Shown: positions 52,154-63,992 of the stretch, in pieces
How positions within the stretch are numbered: the first letter of the stretch is position 1
Layout of the letters: every line of letters starts with the position of its first letter
Assembly (NCBI RefSeq): GCF_001194135.2
Contig: NC_068984.1
Location: forward strand, 108,740,516 to 108,804,507
Source of the DNA: Octopus bimaculoides
Taxonomy: Eukaryota
Direction: 5' to 3'
DNA length: 63,992 nt
Program-made: the position numbers and the translations under genes
Notes under the pieces: generated by a model
Database searches by the model: none
Seen by the model: only the letters and a program-made list of their open reading frames with translations
Told to the model about the DNA's origin: nothing

Positions 52154-52559
52154 TATATTTAAATAAGTGTATAGTTATTATCATTCATGTTTGATATAAT
52201 AGTTGCTAAAATACACAGCTCTGCCTTTTAGCTGCTGTCATCACTACAATGATGTGCTCAAGTTTTTCCTGTCTCCATCTTCAAACTTGGATTCACTTAG
52301 CCATTTCTGTACGACAGCCTAACTTACGATGACATAAACTGTTACGATAATGTTGTAATAATTACAATTTTAATGAAATGGAGGAATTATCATTGTTCAT
52401 CTACTGCAAGATCAAATTCAAAATAATTTGATATTTCGTTATTCGATTTTTAAAACTAAATATTTAAAAACTATTCAGTATTTCAAACACATCTGTTTTC
52501 CAACTACTTTTCACGGCCAGACTATCAGATATCATTACATATTTGATGGTCGCAGTGCG

Positions 52560-52830
52560 CTCCCATTTTGCTTTTGATTGTGAGTTTCTTTACAATTTGT
52601 GCTCGAATTGTTTGACCACATCATATTCCCATCATCTTGGAGATCTTTCGAGTAGTCTTTTCCGATCTTTTGGGTTCCACTCGACAAGTGCACAGGTATC
52701 CATGTTGTCTGTGAGCATTGTGCTATGTCCAGCTCTGCAGAATGTCTGCATTTGGTATTCATCTTTGGGTATATTTCTATCGGTATTCCTCGATATTCCT
52801 CGATATTCCGAAGATTCTTCAGACATTTTT
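52560..52830 (-). mobile_element. RTE-clade LINE C-terminal fragment
   Basis: CRAGHSTMLTDNMDTCALVEWNPKDRKRLLERSPR*WEYDVVK resembles WAGH..R.TDNRW...EW.P...KR..GRP..RWED. Confidence 0.75.
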
Positions 52831-53538
52831 CAATCTGGACCCTCGTCTCTAGTCTCTTGATTTTCGATGAACTATGCTTGTAGATGATAGTTTTTTTTTT
52901 TCCAGTATCTTCTTGTGTTTCCTTTGGTACGTTTAGAAATATTGTTCTCCCATTTTTTAAGTGAGTTTTAACGTCAGATAATGTCTTTTTCTGACGCGTC
53001 AACTTTCTCCAGTCGACGACACTCTTGTGCGGAACCCTTCTCCTTTTCTTTGATGCTGTTTCCTTTGTATTAATGTTTGTGTTGGCGGTGACAGTGGTAG
53101 TGGTGGTGGCGGAGGTGACAGTGTTCTTGGTAGTGTTGTTGTTGCTTTTTGTTGTTATTGTTTTCTTTTCTTGTTCCCGTAATGGTGATGGCGGTGTTGA
53201 AATTTTTAACAGCGGAAAATTAACTTCATACTTATCCCGCCTTACGTTGTTGGTTGCTGTTACTGTTGCTGTTGTTGTTGCTGCTACTGCTGTTGCTGTT
53301 GTTACTGCTGCCGCCGCTATCGCTAATTTTTACAACATCGCTATTCTACGGATAACTGATTCCGCTTTTTACCGGACGAACAAATCCTCCCTGCAATCTT
53401 TTAAACCAAATATTGAGGGGCATGTTTGCTAAATAAACGCTGACTTAGCTTCTAATGGCTATAGACAGAGAAAACTCACCTGCTCCCTAAAATCCTGGTT
53501 AGTTCATCTATAAAACGATAACAAATGTTCAATATATA

Positions 53539-53946
53539 GGCGAGGGGTGGCTGTGTGGTAAGTAGCTTACTTACCAACTACATAGTTCCGGGTTCATTCC
53601 CACTGCTTGGCACTTTGGGCAAGTGTCTTCTACTGAAGCCTCGGGCCGACCAAAGCCTTGTGAGTGGATTTGGTAGACAGAAACTGAAAGAAGCCTGTCG
53701 TATATATGCATATATATGTATGTGTGTGTATATGCTTGTATGTCTGTGTTCCCCCCCCCCCAACATCACTTGACAACCGATGCTGGTGTGTTTACATCCG
53801 CGTAACATAGTGGTTCGGCAAAAGTGACCGATAGAATAAGTACTAGGCTTTCAAAGAATAAGTCCTGGGGTCAATTTGCTCGACTAAAGGCGGTGTTCCA
53901 GCATGGCCGCAGTCAAATGACTGAAACAAGTAAAAGAGTAAAAGAG
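53539..53946 (+). mobile_element. SINE family B, full length
   Basis: Colinear with 31583-31990. Confidence 0.92.
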
Positions 53947-54226
53947 AAATATAACTTTGTTTAACAATAGAAATAACAAAATTACGGGATCGATGTATAA
54001 TACATCGATAGACGAATAAGCAAAATAACAACAACAACAAGAATAACGACAATAATAATGATGGCTGACATAAATTTTGGTTGGTTGTTTGCTTTATATT
54101 GTACAGAGAGAGGGGGGAAAAGAGTAAAAAGGAAATACGGAAAAAATTAACATCGAATGTGCAGGTTTCATGCACGCGCCAGGCTTGGTGACGTGAGAGA
54201 GAATAGAAGTATTAAGTGCCAAAATG

Positions 54227-54555
54227 AGAGACCCCTTTCGGTCATGACTGACCATGCGATTGCACCTAGAAAGTTACCCTCCGATGCACAAGTCCGGGTA
54301 AGGTTGTTTATGGAAGACCAGCAGTCGCCCATGCATACCGGTCTCCCCTCTCAACGCCACCAGTGTTATCCAAGAGAAAGGCAAAGGCCGATACAGGTTG
54401 GCACTGTGACGTCGCAACTCATTTCTACAGCTGAGTGAACTGGAGCAACGTGAAATAAAGTGTCTCGCTCAAGAACACAAAACGCAGCTCGTTCCGGGAT
54501 TCGAACTCACGACCTCGCGATCGTAAGCTCGACGCTCTAACCACTGAGCCATGTG
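54227..54555 (-). mobile_element. SINE family D, full length
   Basis: Minus strand has A-box TGGCTCAGTGG, B-box GAGTTCGAATCC, body cttgagcgagacactttatttcacgttgctccagttcactcagctg and a tail matching 15951-16043. Confidence 0.88.
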
Positions 54556-54654
54556 ATAATAATAGTTATGGGAGGTGAATATATTTTTTGAAAATTATAA
54601 TTCATTTCTTCGTTTTGTGTAAGCAAGAAATTAATAAAAGTTAAATCATAATTA

Positions 54655-55042
54655 CTCTCTCTTTACTCTTTTACTTGTTTCAGTCATTTGACTACGGCCA
54701 TGCTGGAGCACCGCCTTTAGTCGAGCAAATCGACCCCGGGACTTATTCTTTGTAAGCCTAGTACTTATTATATCGGTCTCTTTTGCCGAACCGCTAAGTT
54801 ACGGGGACATAAACACACCAGCAGCGGTTGTCAAGCAATGCTAAGGGGACAAACACAGACACACAAACATACGCACACACACATATATATACATATATAC
54901 GACGGGCTTCTTTCAGTTTCCGTCTACCAAATCCACTCACAAGGCTTTGGTTGGCCTGAGGCTATAGTAGAAGACACTTGCCCAAAGTGCCACGCAGTGG
55001 GACTGAACCCGGAACCATGTGGTTGGTAAGCAAGCTACTTAC
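54655..55042 (-). mobile_element. SINE family B, nearly full length
   Basis: Reverse complement of the B consensus lacking about 20 nt of the head. Confidence 0.92.
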
Positions 55043-55129
55043 ATGTATTAATATAAAATATTTCTTGACATTTCCCGTGGCGGTAAAAGTATTACTTCCA
55101 AAGTTACCGTCATACGACTAGTAGTAATA

Positions 55130-55495
55130 GCAGTCTCAAAAGGTCAGCAATTTTAGTGGGAGGGTTAAATCAATTACATCGATCTAGTACTTATTTTACC
55201 GACCCCACGAAGAGATGAAAATCAAAGTCGACCTCGGCAGTATTAATAATGATGATGATGAAAATAATAATAAGAATAATAACCTTTGCTTACTATAGGC
55301 ACAAGGCCTGAAATTTCAGGGGAGGGGGTAAGTCGATCGATCACATCAACCTCAGTACTTGACTGGTACTTAATTTATCGAAAGGATGGAAGACAAAGTC
55401 AACCTCGGCAGAATTTGAACTCAGGTCGTAAGGACGGACGAAATTCCGCTAAGCATTTTGTCCGGCGTGCTATCGATTCTGTCAGCTCACTGCCT

Positions 55496-55497
<2 letters not shown>
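55130..55497 (-). mobile_element. Two family A SINEs (partial about 55130-55241; full about 55278-55497) in AAT-rich sequence
   Basis: caaagtc(g/a)acctcggcag occurs twice; the full copy ends gctcactgcctta before (AAT)n. Confidence 0.85.
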
Positions 55498-55558
<61 letters not shown>

Positions 55559-55576
55559 GATGATAATAATATTAAC

Positions 55577-55615
<39 letters not shown>

Positions 55616-55616
<1 letters not shown>

Positions 55617-55808
55617 TTCTATATTTAACCACTACGCCATATGCACATAATAATAATAATAACAACATCGAAAAATACCTTAGGAATGAGAACCCAAGTT
55701 CGAAATTTCCCCAGGACACCTGAAGAAGGCTGGAGGGTATATCAGCCGAAACATTGTGTTAACAACAATCAAGATGAGGACAAATATCCGTCGAATGTAA
55801 ATAATGTA

Positions 55809-55810
<2 letters not shown>
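55616..55810 (+). mobile_element. Family E, second copy (body and HHR) preceded by an inverted collapsed mini-copy
   Basis: About 55660-55810 is colinear with about 17455-17610. The reverse complement of 55616-55641 is tatggcgtagtggTTAAatatagaac, i.e. E head fused to E tail. Confidence 0.85.
55715..55760 (+). ncRNA. Minimal type I HHR-like motif, intact CUGAAGA core
   Basis: GACAC-CTGAAGA-A-GGCTG[gagggtatat]CAGCC-GAAA-CA-TT^-GTGTT. Confidence 0.8.
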
Positions 55811-55870
<60 letters not shown>

Positions 55871-55871
<1 letters not shown>

Positions 55872-56744
55872 TTTTCTGGTATGAACATCATCCTGAGCCA
55901 GTCGTTGAAGGTAAAAATGTCATTATTCTCTGGGATTTTCCAGTCAACACTGACAGAACGGTCCAGGCTAATTTACCAGACATAATTATTAAAGACAGGG
56001 AAGAAAATACTTGTAGATTAATAGATGTAAGTGTTCCCACTGATAAAAATATATCTGTAAAGGAATTTGACAAACTAAGTAAAAAGTAAGGACTGTTTCT
56101 GTTATTGTAGGCACCCTAGGTATGATAGNNNNNNNNNNNNNNNNNNNNNNNNNNNNNNNNNNNNNNNNNNNNNNNNNNNNNNNNNNNNNNNNNNNNNNNN
56201 NNNNNNNNNNNNNNNNNNNNNNNNNNNNNNNNNNNNNNNNNNNNNNNNNNNNNNNNNNNNNNNNNNNNNNNNNNNNNNNNNNNNNNNNNNNNNNNNNNNN
56301 NNNNNNNNNNNNNNNNNNNTACCAGACATAATTATTAAAGACAGGGAAGAAAATACTTGTAGATTAATAGATGTAAGTGTTCCCACTGATAAAAATATAT
56401 CTGTAAAGGAATTTGACAAACTAAGTAAAAAGTAAGGACTGTTTCTGTTATTGTAGGCACCCTAGGTATGATAGAAAAAAAAAAGGGATGTCAGAAACAT
56501 CTAGATAAGATCCCAGGTGAACCATGTCTCAGAGAAATCCAAAAGATTGTACTGACAAGTACTGCCGACATCCTTAGAAAAATCCGATCTATTTAAATGT
56601 CTGTGTTGTATTATATGAAGATATTTAGCTACTTTCCCCTCCCCAAGCTTTCAGTCATACTGTAACATCTCTTACCCTTCACTCGCCCCAGGACACTGGG
56701 TGTGTCTCGGCAAGTGAGTGTAACAAACATGCAGATTAAAAGTA
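55871..56744 (+). mobile_element. R4/Dong-like LINE 3' end (RLE domain + 3' UTR) in (AAT)n
   Basis: WYEHHPEPVVEG..ILWDFPVNTDRTVQANLPDIIIKDREENTCRLIDVSVP..KEF (PD-(D/E)XK-type), then VIVGTLGMI..IPGEPCLREIQKIVLTSTADILRK*. (AAT)n on both sides. Confidence 0.9.
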
Positions 56745-56762
56745 AATAATAATAATAATAAT

Positions 56763-56982
56763 AGTAATCCTTTTTACTATAGGCACAAGGCCTGACATTT
56801 AGGAGAGGTGGAATAATCGATTATATTGACCCCAGTGCTCAACTTGTACTTAATTTATGGATTCCGAAAGGATGAAAGGCAAAGTCGACCTCGGCGGAAT
56901 TTGAACTCAGAACGTAGCGACAGACGAAATACCGAAAAGCATTTCGCCTAGCGTGCTAACGATTCCGCCAGCTCACCGCTTT
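56763..56982 (-). mobile_element. SINE family A, full length
   Basis: Colinear reverse complement of 23590-23801. Confidence 0.9.
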
Positions 56983-56984
56983 AT

Positions 56985-57380
56985 ACTCTCTTTACTCTCT
57001 TTTACTTGTTTCAGTCATTTGACTGCGGCCATGCTGGAGCACCGCCTTTAGTCGAGCAAATCGACCCCGGGACTTATTCTTTGTAAGCCTAGTACTTATT
57101 CTATCGGTCTCTGTTGCCGAACCGCTAAGTGACGGGGACATAAACACACCAGCATCGGTTGTCAAGCAATGCTAGGGGGACAAATACAGACACACAAACA
57201 CACACATGTACATATACATATATACGACGGGCTTCTTTCAGTTTCCGTCTACCAAATCCACTCACAAGGCTTTGGTTGGCTCGAGGCTATAGTAGAAGAC
57301 ACTTGCCAAGGTGTCACGCTGTGAGACTGAACCTGGAACCATGTGGTAAGCAAGCTACTTACAACACAGCCACTCCTGCT
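56985..57380 (-). mobile_element. SINE family B, full length
   Basis: Colinear reverse complement of the B consensus. Confidence 0.92.
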
Positions 57381-57403
57381 TTATAATGATAATAATGATA
57401 ATA

Positions 57404-57443
<40 letters not shown>

Positions 57444-59084
57444 GGATGATGATAATAATTTCTTTTATGTGCCACCGGGGCGAGCTGAGGGGGGCAATAT
57501 AAAGATGAACATAAAGTTTGGAGATTTACAAAAAATGTAATGATAGAAGGAAAAATATACATACTATGAAATATTAACAAAAAAAAAACGTGGTATACAT
57601 GGTATACATTAAATAATAAAAGAAAGGTGATAATGATGTGATCCTCCTGATACAGGAAGACCTCTACGGTCGATCGAGGAATCCCCACTATCGAAGACCA
57701 CCTTGAACATCAAGGGTAAGTGTCCTCTCCAATTCCTGTTCTCCGACTCACAGGTTTATACTTACAGTTGCACCCCCCCTCTTACCATTTTTGCCGCTTT
57801 CACTCACCTTTTCGATAAATTCATTCGAAGATAGCACCTTCCTATCCACCCTCACTTTCTTTTCAAATGAAACTTGAAAAAGTCGATGAGGGCTCTACCA
57901 AAAAGGAATGTCTCTGTCCTAATATTTTTCAGCCTCGTCCACCAGCCAACAACAACAATAGTAAACGTAGTAATAGTAGTAGTTGTAGTAGTAGTAATAA
58001 TAATACTAATACTACTAATAATAATGATAATAATTTTAGATTTTGTTTATATGCCAATCACTACAACTTTCTACCTGATATACTTTCAACCTGATCGTTT
58101 CTGTTTGGTGAAATGAAACTTTCTTTAACGTACTTTCTATAATCTAGTTGGGGAAAATTTCTTTTGCATTCTGTCACAAGGTGCACTCAACGAAAGTATG
58201 CAATAATCTGCACATTGTATCTTCTCCGTCAGCAACTGATGGTATGCGGCTGAAAATGTTAACCGTATAGGTTTCTTTTGAAAAATCTTCTTCATACAGT
58301 TTTGGAAAGCATTCTTCAGAATAATGTACATTTATTTCTGTTTCTCGGGAGTCGGAGCTTCTTACGAATTTTAAAGCCAGTTAAATTACATTTCATTGTC
58401 AGATTTCGATGTCTTATAGATAGATTCTTCGGTCCAGATATCGAATCTGACCTTTTTGACTGGCCAACCCTAGCATATTGCTTATAAAGTTCTTTTGCAA
58501 TTTCCAAACAAAAATAAAATGAATGAACGTAACATACACACAAACACATATACGAACACACTCAAACACATAGGAACACACATATACAAACACACACACT
58601 TATACGAACTCACATATATACGAATACACATGCACACACACACACACATATATACACAAGCACACACATATATATTTATATATACAAAAATGTCATACTG
58701 TGACAATTGAAATGTAAAGTAAATTAGACTTTTGTTAAGATATGAAATTATCTAATACTGCTTATTGCCAGTGCAATGCTTAATACGAAGAACTGTATTA
58801 ATATAGTGAATCCAAAACCTTATGTATTTCGTAGTGACTGTGTGGTCACCGCCGCCATCACCGCCACCACCGCCGCCACCTCCTAATGAAATAGAAGAGG
58901 CAATTTATTTGAAGTAGTCTCACGTATATGAACGTAGTATGATCTGAAAATAGATTTTTGTATGGTTTAACTAGATTTTCTTTTAAATATACGCCTATTA
59001 GTATTATTAGTATGGCAATAGTATGTACACCCACACTCACATATATATGCGTATATGTGTGTAAGTGTGCGTGCGTGTATATAT

Positions 59085-59139
<55 letters not shown>

Positions 59140-59225
59140 CATTATATGCACACACACATATAATGTATATGCATATATATATATATATATATGTATGTAT
59201 AGATATATATATGTATGTGTGTGCA

Positions 59226-59281
<56 letters not shown>

Positions 59282-59320
59282 GATCGATCTATGTGCATAT
59301 ATAAGATGTGGTGGACTCAG

Positions 59321-59389
59321 TTGAGTGCCTGAGTAACATCTAACAGCTTCATCAGGATGAAACTGTAAGGTGTTACTCAGTAGACTCGA
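59321..59389. other. Near-perfect hairpin (24-bp arms, 2-nt loop) with a short basal extension
   Basis: 59330-59353 versus the reverse complement of 59356-59379 match 21/24; as + strand RNA: one G-U, one A-A and one A-C. Confidence 0.8.
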
Positions 59390-59675
59390 TTTTTGTCTGT
59401 CTCTCTTTTCCCTCTCGTTTCGACAACACTGGCTAAGTTCATCCGGATCTGAAAGTGAACCACTGTTGCTAACATTTCTGGAACTGGTTGTCATTGATAT
59501 GTGATTCAGCCACCGAACGAAGAGTTCACAGATAAGCCCCTATAATTCATATTGAAGGACTATTCATACTTACAATATCAATAGTTTTTAACATCAAAGT
59601 CGAAAAGATATTTTGTAAGCATTAGATAGTGCAGAATAATTTGGATCTCCTGTTTGAAATAATCGAAGTAACTCA

Positions 59676-59885
59676 TACAGTCGTGGCCAAAAGTCTGAAA
59701 ATTAGAATTTTTATATTAAATACCCAAAGTTATATTTGATTTGCTATAAGTATATTATTACCTGGCCCAAAGCATGGAACATAGGCCTGAAAATTAGAAT
59801 TTTTATATTAAATACCCAAAGTTATATTTAATTTGCAATATGTTATTACTTGGCCAAAAGTTTGGAAGATAGGTCTGAAAATTTT
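59676..59885 (+). mobile_element. Tc1-like left end with a tandemly re-duplicated ~90-bp subterminal segment
   Basis: TA-CAGTCGTGGCCAAAAGT (Tc1-type TIR start); ctgaaaatt at 59695, 59787 and 59875. Confidence 0.6.
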
Positions 59886-60027
59886 TTCTTCTACATATTC
59901 AACCATTGGATTAGTTATTAAGTAAGTATGTTTCTACGTTGTATATATTTGAATCTAATCGTACTTGGGCATAACAACTTTTATTTTAAAAAAATGTTCC
60001 GAACATTTGTCTACAACTGTATATTTT

Positions 60028-60521
60028 TCTTTTCTACCCGAAATGTTTGGGGAGGGGGCCAGTCGATTAGATCGAGCCCCAGTACGTCACTGGTGCTTAG
60101 TTTATCGACCCCTGAAAGGATGAAAGGCAAAGTCGACCTCGGCGGAATTTGAACTCAGAACATAAAGACAGATGAAATACCGTTAAGCATTTCGCCCGGC
60201 GTGCTAACGTTTCTTATGTCTTTATTGCTCACAAGGGGCTAAACATAGAGGGGACAAACAAGGACAGACAAAGGGATTAAGTCGATTACATCAATCCCAG
60301 TGCGTAACTAGTACTTAATTTATTGACCCCGAAATAATGAAAGGCTAAGTCGACCTCGGCGGAATTTGAACTCAGAAAGTAACGGCAGACGAAATACCGC
60401 TTAGCATTGCGCCCGGCGTGCTAACGTTTCTTATTTCTTTACTACCCACAAGGGGCTAAACACAGAGGGGACAAACAAGGACAGACAAAGGGATTAAGTC
60501 GATTATATCGACCCCACTGCA
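60028..60521 (-). mobile_element. Three family A units head-to-tail with equivalent junctions
   Basis: Units 60028-60213, 60214-60430 and 60431-60521; both junctions read gctaacgtttc|ttat on the + strand. Confidence 0.88.
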
Positions 60522-61478
60522 CCTCACACATAATAATCGAAGGGGTTGCAGTCTGGGGAGTTAAATGGCTAGGTTTGGGAGTGATGTGGTCGCAGAAATT
60601 GTCTGACAGCTATGATCGGGTTCTCCTGCTTGTGTGGTATGGTGCAGAGTCCTGTTGCCAGACACAGGGTCTTCCAGCAGCCACCGTCTTGACCCAGATC
60701 AACACTACCCCCTTCAGGCACTTGATGTAGGTCTCCGTATTGAGTGTGAGGGTAAGATGAATGGAGGCATATCATCACCATCACTAGTGATCACTCTAAA
60801 CACCTTGGTGTTGACTGGATGTTTGATTTTTATCACTCTCGGTACACGGCAAGCCAACAGTTGTTCTGAGTGTTCACTACCTGATCCTGGTAGAAATTTT
60901 TCTTGTCTGAGAAAAACCAAAGCATGTTCGGTTGGAGGGGATGCTTGAGTTTGTTCAAAAGCTTCGTAGTGCGGTCATACCTCTTGTCCTTGATGGCTTG
61001 GGATAAAAATTGGCCCTTTCTCATTTTGTATGAAGAATACTGAATGTCTTCAGGCACTACCTGCCTGACGAAAAATTCAGACATTCCATATCCTTGGCGA
61101 TGGACCTGATTGATTTGGAGGGATCGTTGTCAATCATTGACTGGATCTCACCAACAAATTCAGAAGTTCTTTTCTCATCAGAACGACCAGAGTGAGTTTT
61201 CCGAGCTGCCGTACCTTCGTAATCACTATTAGACTCAACCAACTCTTTCCGAATCCTCTGCATTGTCCTCAGATTGACACCCAAACACTCTGATATGTTC
61301 GTATTGGAGCTTCCGGCGCAAATGTCAAGCAGTACAGCATATCGTTTCCAAATTTCTGGCAGAGTGAATTGCGTCATGGTACCTAACTGACGATACTACA
61401 CTGTTCAGTCAACAAAATCAAAAATAAACAATGCGCATGCGCGAAATTAAAAATATAATATTTACCCATCACGCCCTG
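60516..61478 (-). mobile_element. DD37D (maT-like) Tc1/mariner transposon, decayed, right end missing
   Basis: Left end TA-CAGGGCGTGATGGG; ATG at 61377; HTH region; WFFSD; WQQDSAP; PDCNPFD. About 37 residues between the 2nd and 3rd D after frameshift correction. Stops and frameshifts present. Confidence 0.9.
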
Positions 61479-61524
61479 TATATATATATATGTGCGTGTG
61501 CGCGTGCGCAGATATTTATTTATT

Positions 61525-61911
61525 TATCTTTTGTTTGTTTCACTCATTTGACTACAGCCATGCTGGGGCACCACCTTGAAGGACTTTTAGTCGAATCTAT
61601 TAACCCCAGTACTTATTTTCTTAAAGCCTGGTACTTATTATAGGGGTCTATTTTTGCCGAACTGCTAAGTTACCGGTTCATAAACACACCAACACTGGTT
61701 GTCAAATGGTGGTAGGGGACAAACACACACACACGCACACATACACACACACACACATATATAACGGGCTTCTTTCAGTTTCCATCACGAAAATTCACTT
61801 ACAAGGCTTTGGTCAGCTCGAGACTGAAACAGACGACACTCGCCCAAGATGTCACGTAGCCGGATTGAAACCGGAAGAATGTGGTTGGGAAACAAACTTC
61901 TTACCACACAA

Positions 61912-61913
<2 letters not shown>
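61525..61913 (-). mobile_element. Diverged full-length family B SINE
   Basis: Both modules recognisable. Confidence 0.85.
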
Positions 61914-61976
<63 letters not shown>

Positions 61977-62282
61977 TTTATACACATACACATATGCAGA
62001 CATGGATGCATGTACATACACACACAAGCATTATATATATATATGCATGCATATGTATTTACGAACATATATATATGCATATATATGTATGTATGTATGT
62101 GTGTGTATACATATATATATGCATATATATATATGTATATGTATATATATATGCATATATATATGTATATGTATATGTATATATATATATGCATATATAT
62201 ATGTATATGTATATGTATATACATACATGCANNNNNNNNNNNNNNNNNNNNNNNNNNNNNNNNNNNNNNNNNNNNNNNNNNN

Positions 62283-62339
<57 letters not shown>

Positions 62340-63100
62340 AAGACACACATGTATATACATACATGGGGTTTAAAAAAAGAACAACAATAAGCAAATGAAA
62401 ACACAGTAATCTAAAATATAAACTTATGTATGTAGGTAAGGTTCGTGACTTAATGACAAATTAGAACGTGGACGGGTGATTGACTTACTCAGACATTCAA
62501 TAATAAAAAGGCTTGTTGTTGCTGTTGTTGTGATGGCTGTTTCTTCTTTATCGATGACTTACAAATACACTGACTGATCCACTTTCTTTCATCAATAGAA
62601 ACCTTCCGTTTCGTTTTCGTCTTATATTGTTATTTTTTTTTCGTTTTTGGTTTTTGTTTACTTCACTTTCTTTCCATTTGCTGGAAGCAATTGGATGAAG
62701 ATGACGAGGGGAGATGATGACAAAGAAGACGATGTAACACACTTTATAAATACGCATGGCAATAAATAAATAAATGAAGAATAGATGAATAAATAAATGA
62801 ATAAATGATTAATAAATGAAATAAAAATAAAGAAAGCCATACAAACAACAGTAACAACAATAATTACGAGTAACAAATAACAGAAACGACACGCCTGATT
62901 CTACATTAATGAGTAAGTTAAGAAAAAAACAACAAAAAAAAACAAAAATGAAACCAAACAAAATGGCGTAAACAAGCAAACAAATAAAAAGAACGAAAAA
63001 AAAACAACAGATATGTTTGTTGAAGACAAAAAACAACAACAATAATAATAGCAACAACAACAGTCACAGCAACGATGATGAGGATGATGGTGATGATATT

Positions 63101-63173
<73 letters not shown>

Positions 63174-63655
63174 GTAATCTCAATACCAGCAACAGTAAAA
63201 ACAACGGTAGAAAACGCGAAGCTCTTCCTCGTCGTAAAAAATAAACTATTTGAGCAGGAGAGTGAAGGTTTTAGAATTTGTATTACATCGGTTTGTTACC
63301 TTGCTTTTGTCATACACACACACAGACGCGCGCGAGCGAGTGTTCAAGAATATACGTACGCACATGCGTTCAAGAACACGCACAGACATACATAATATAC
63401 ACACTACCTTCACATACATCTATCCACCCCCACGCACAAAAAGACAAGCACATGCGCTCACACTCACATCCACATATACACCCATATGTACACACACCCA
63501 TACTCACGCACATATATGTATACATACATTCACTACTCGTCTTACACATGTATGCACAAACATATACAGTCATACACACACACGCACACACATACACACA
63601 CACGTTTCCTCTTCTCGTCCAACGCATGCTCACACACATACTTATAAACTCACAC

Positions 63656-63716
<61 letters not shown>

Positions 63717-63733
63717 CTTATCTATCTATCTAC

Positions 63734-63792
<59 letters not shown>

Positions 63793-63810
63793 CATTTTAT
63801 ATATATATAA

Positions 63811-63992
63811 GGCGCAGGAGTGGCTGTGTGGTAAGTAGCTTGCTTACCAACCACATGGTTCCGGGTTCAGTCCCACTGCATGGCACCTTGGGCAAGTGTC
63901 TTCTACTATAGCCTCGGGTTGACCAAAGCCTTGTGAGTGGATTTGGTAGACGGAAACTGAAAGAAGCCCGTCGTATATATGTATATATATAC
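63811..63992 (+). mobile_element. SINE family B, 5' module running off the window
   Basis: Near-identical to 49340-49500. Confidence 0.92.

Noticed and set aside
52495-52528. Possible Tc1-like right end
   Set aside because: Lacks the TA-CAGT terminus and a matching partner.
56320-56474. 155-nt tandem duplication in the Dong-like element
   Set aside because: Identical to 55974-56128 across a gap; probably an assembly overlap (long reads would decide).
58255-58284. FSKETYTVNI, a cadherin-like peptide on the minus strand
   Set aside because: No DXND, DRE or other cadherin motifs; short stop-bounded frame.

Overview
AT-rich eukaryotic draft-assembly window with 19 N-gaps (about 8 kb in total). 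It is dominated by microsatellites and interspersed repeats; the repeat repertoire suggests an Octopus-like cephalopod (inference, not searched). No intact host protein-coding gene, tRNA/rRNA gene or CRISPR array can be supported, and the long ORFs in the track are microsatellite or gap artefacts. Supported content: four tRNA-headed SINE families (working labels A-D, 40+ segments) that form arrays, nests and chimeras; decayed LINE fragments (CR1/L2-like, RTE, and two R4/Dong-like RLE families, each sitting in its own microsatellite type, (CATA)n or (AAT)n); Tc1/mariner relics including a DD37D (maT-like) transposase; and several MITE-like elements. The most notable signal is seven minimal type I hammerhead-ribozyme (HHR)-like motifs in three non-autonomous families. 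These include a Pol III-headed element with a 13-bp flanking direct repeat (family E), a 295-nt HHR-to-HHR tandem resembling a retrozyme, and a family (F) whose four copies all carry U at core position 6. All family names, alignments and folds were made by eye; novelty is unverified without database searches.
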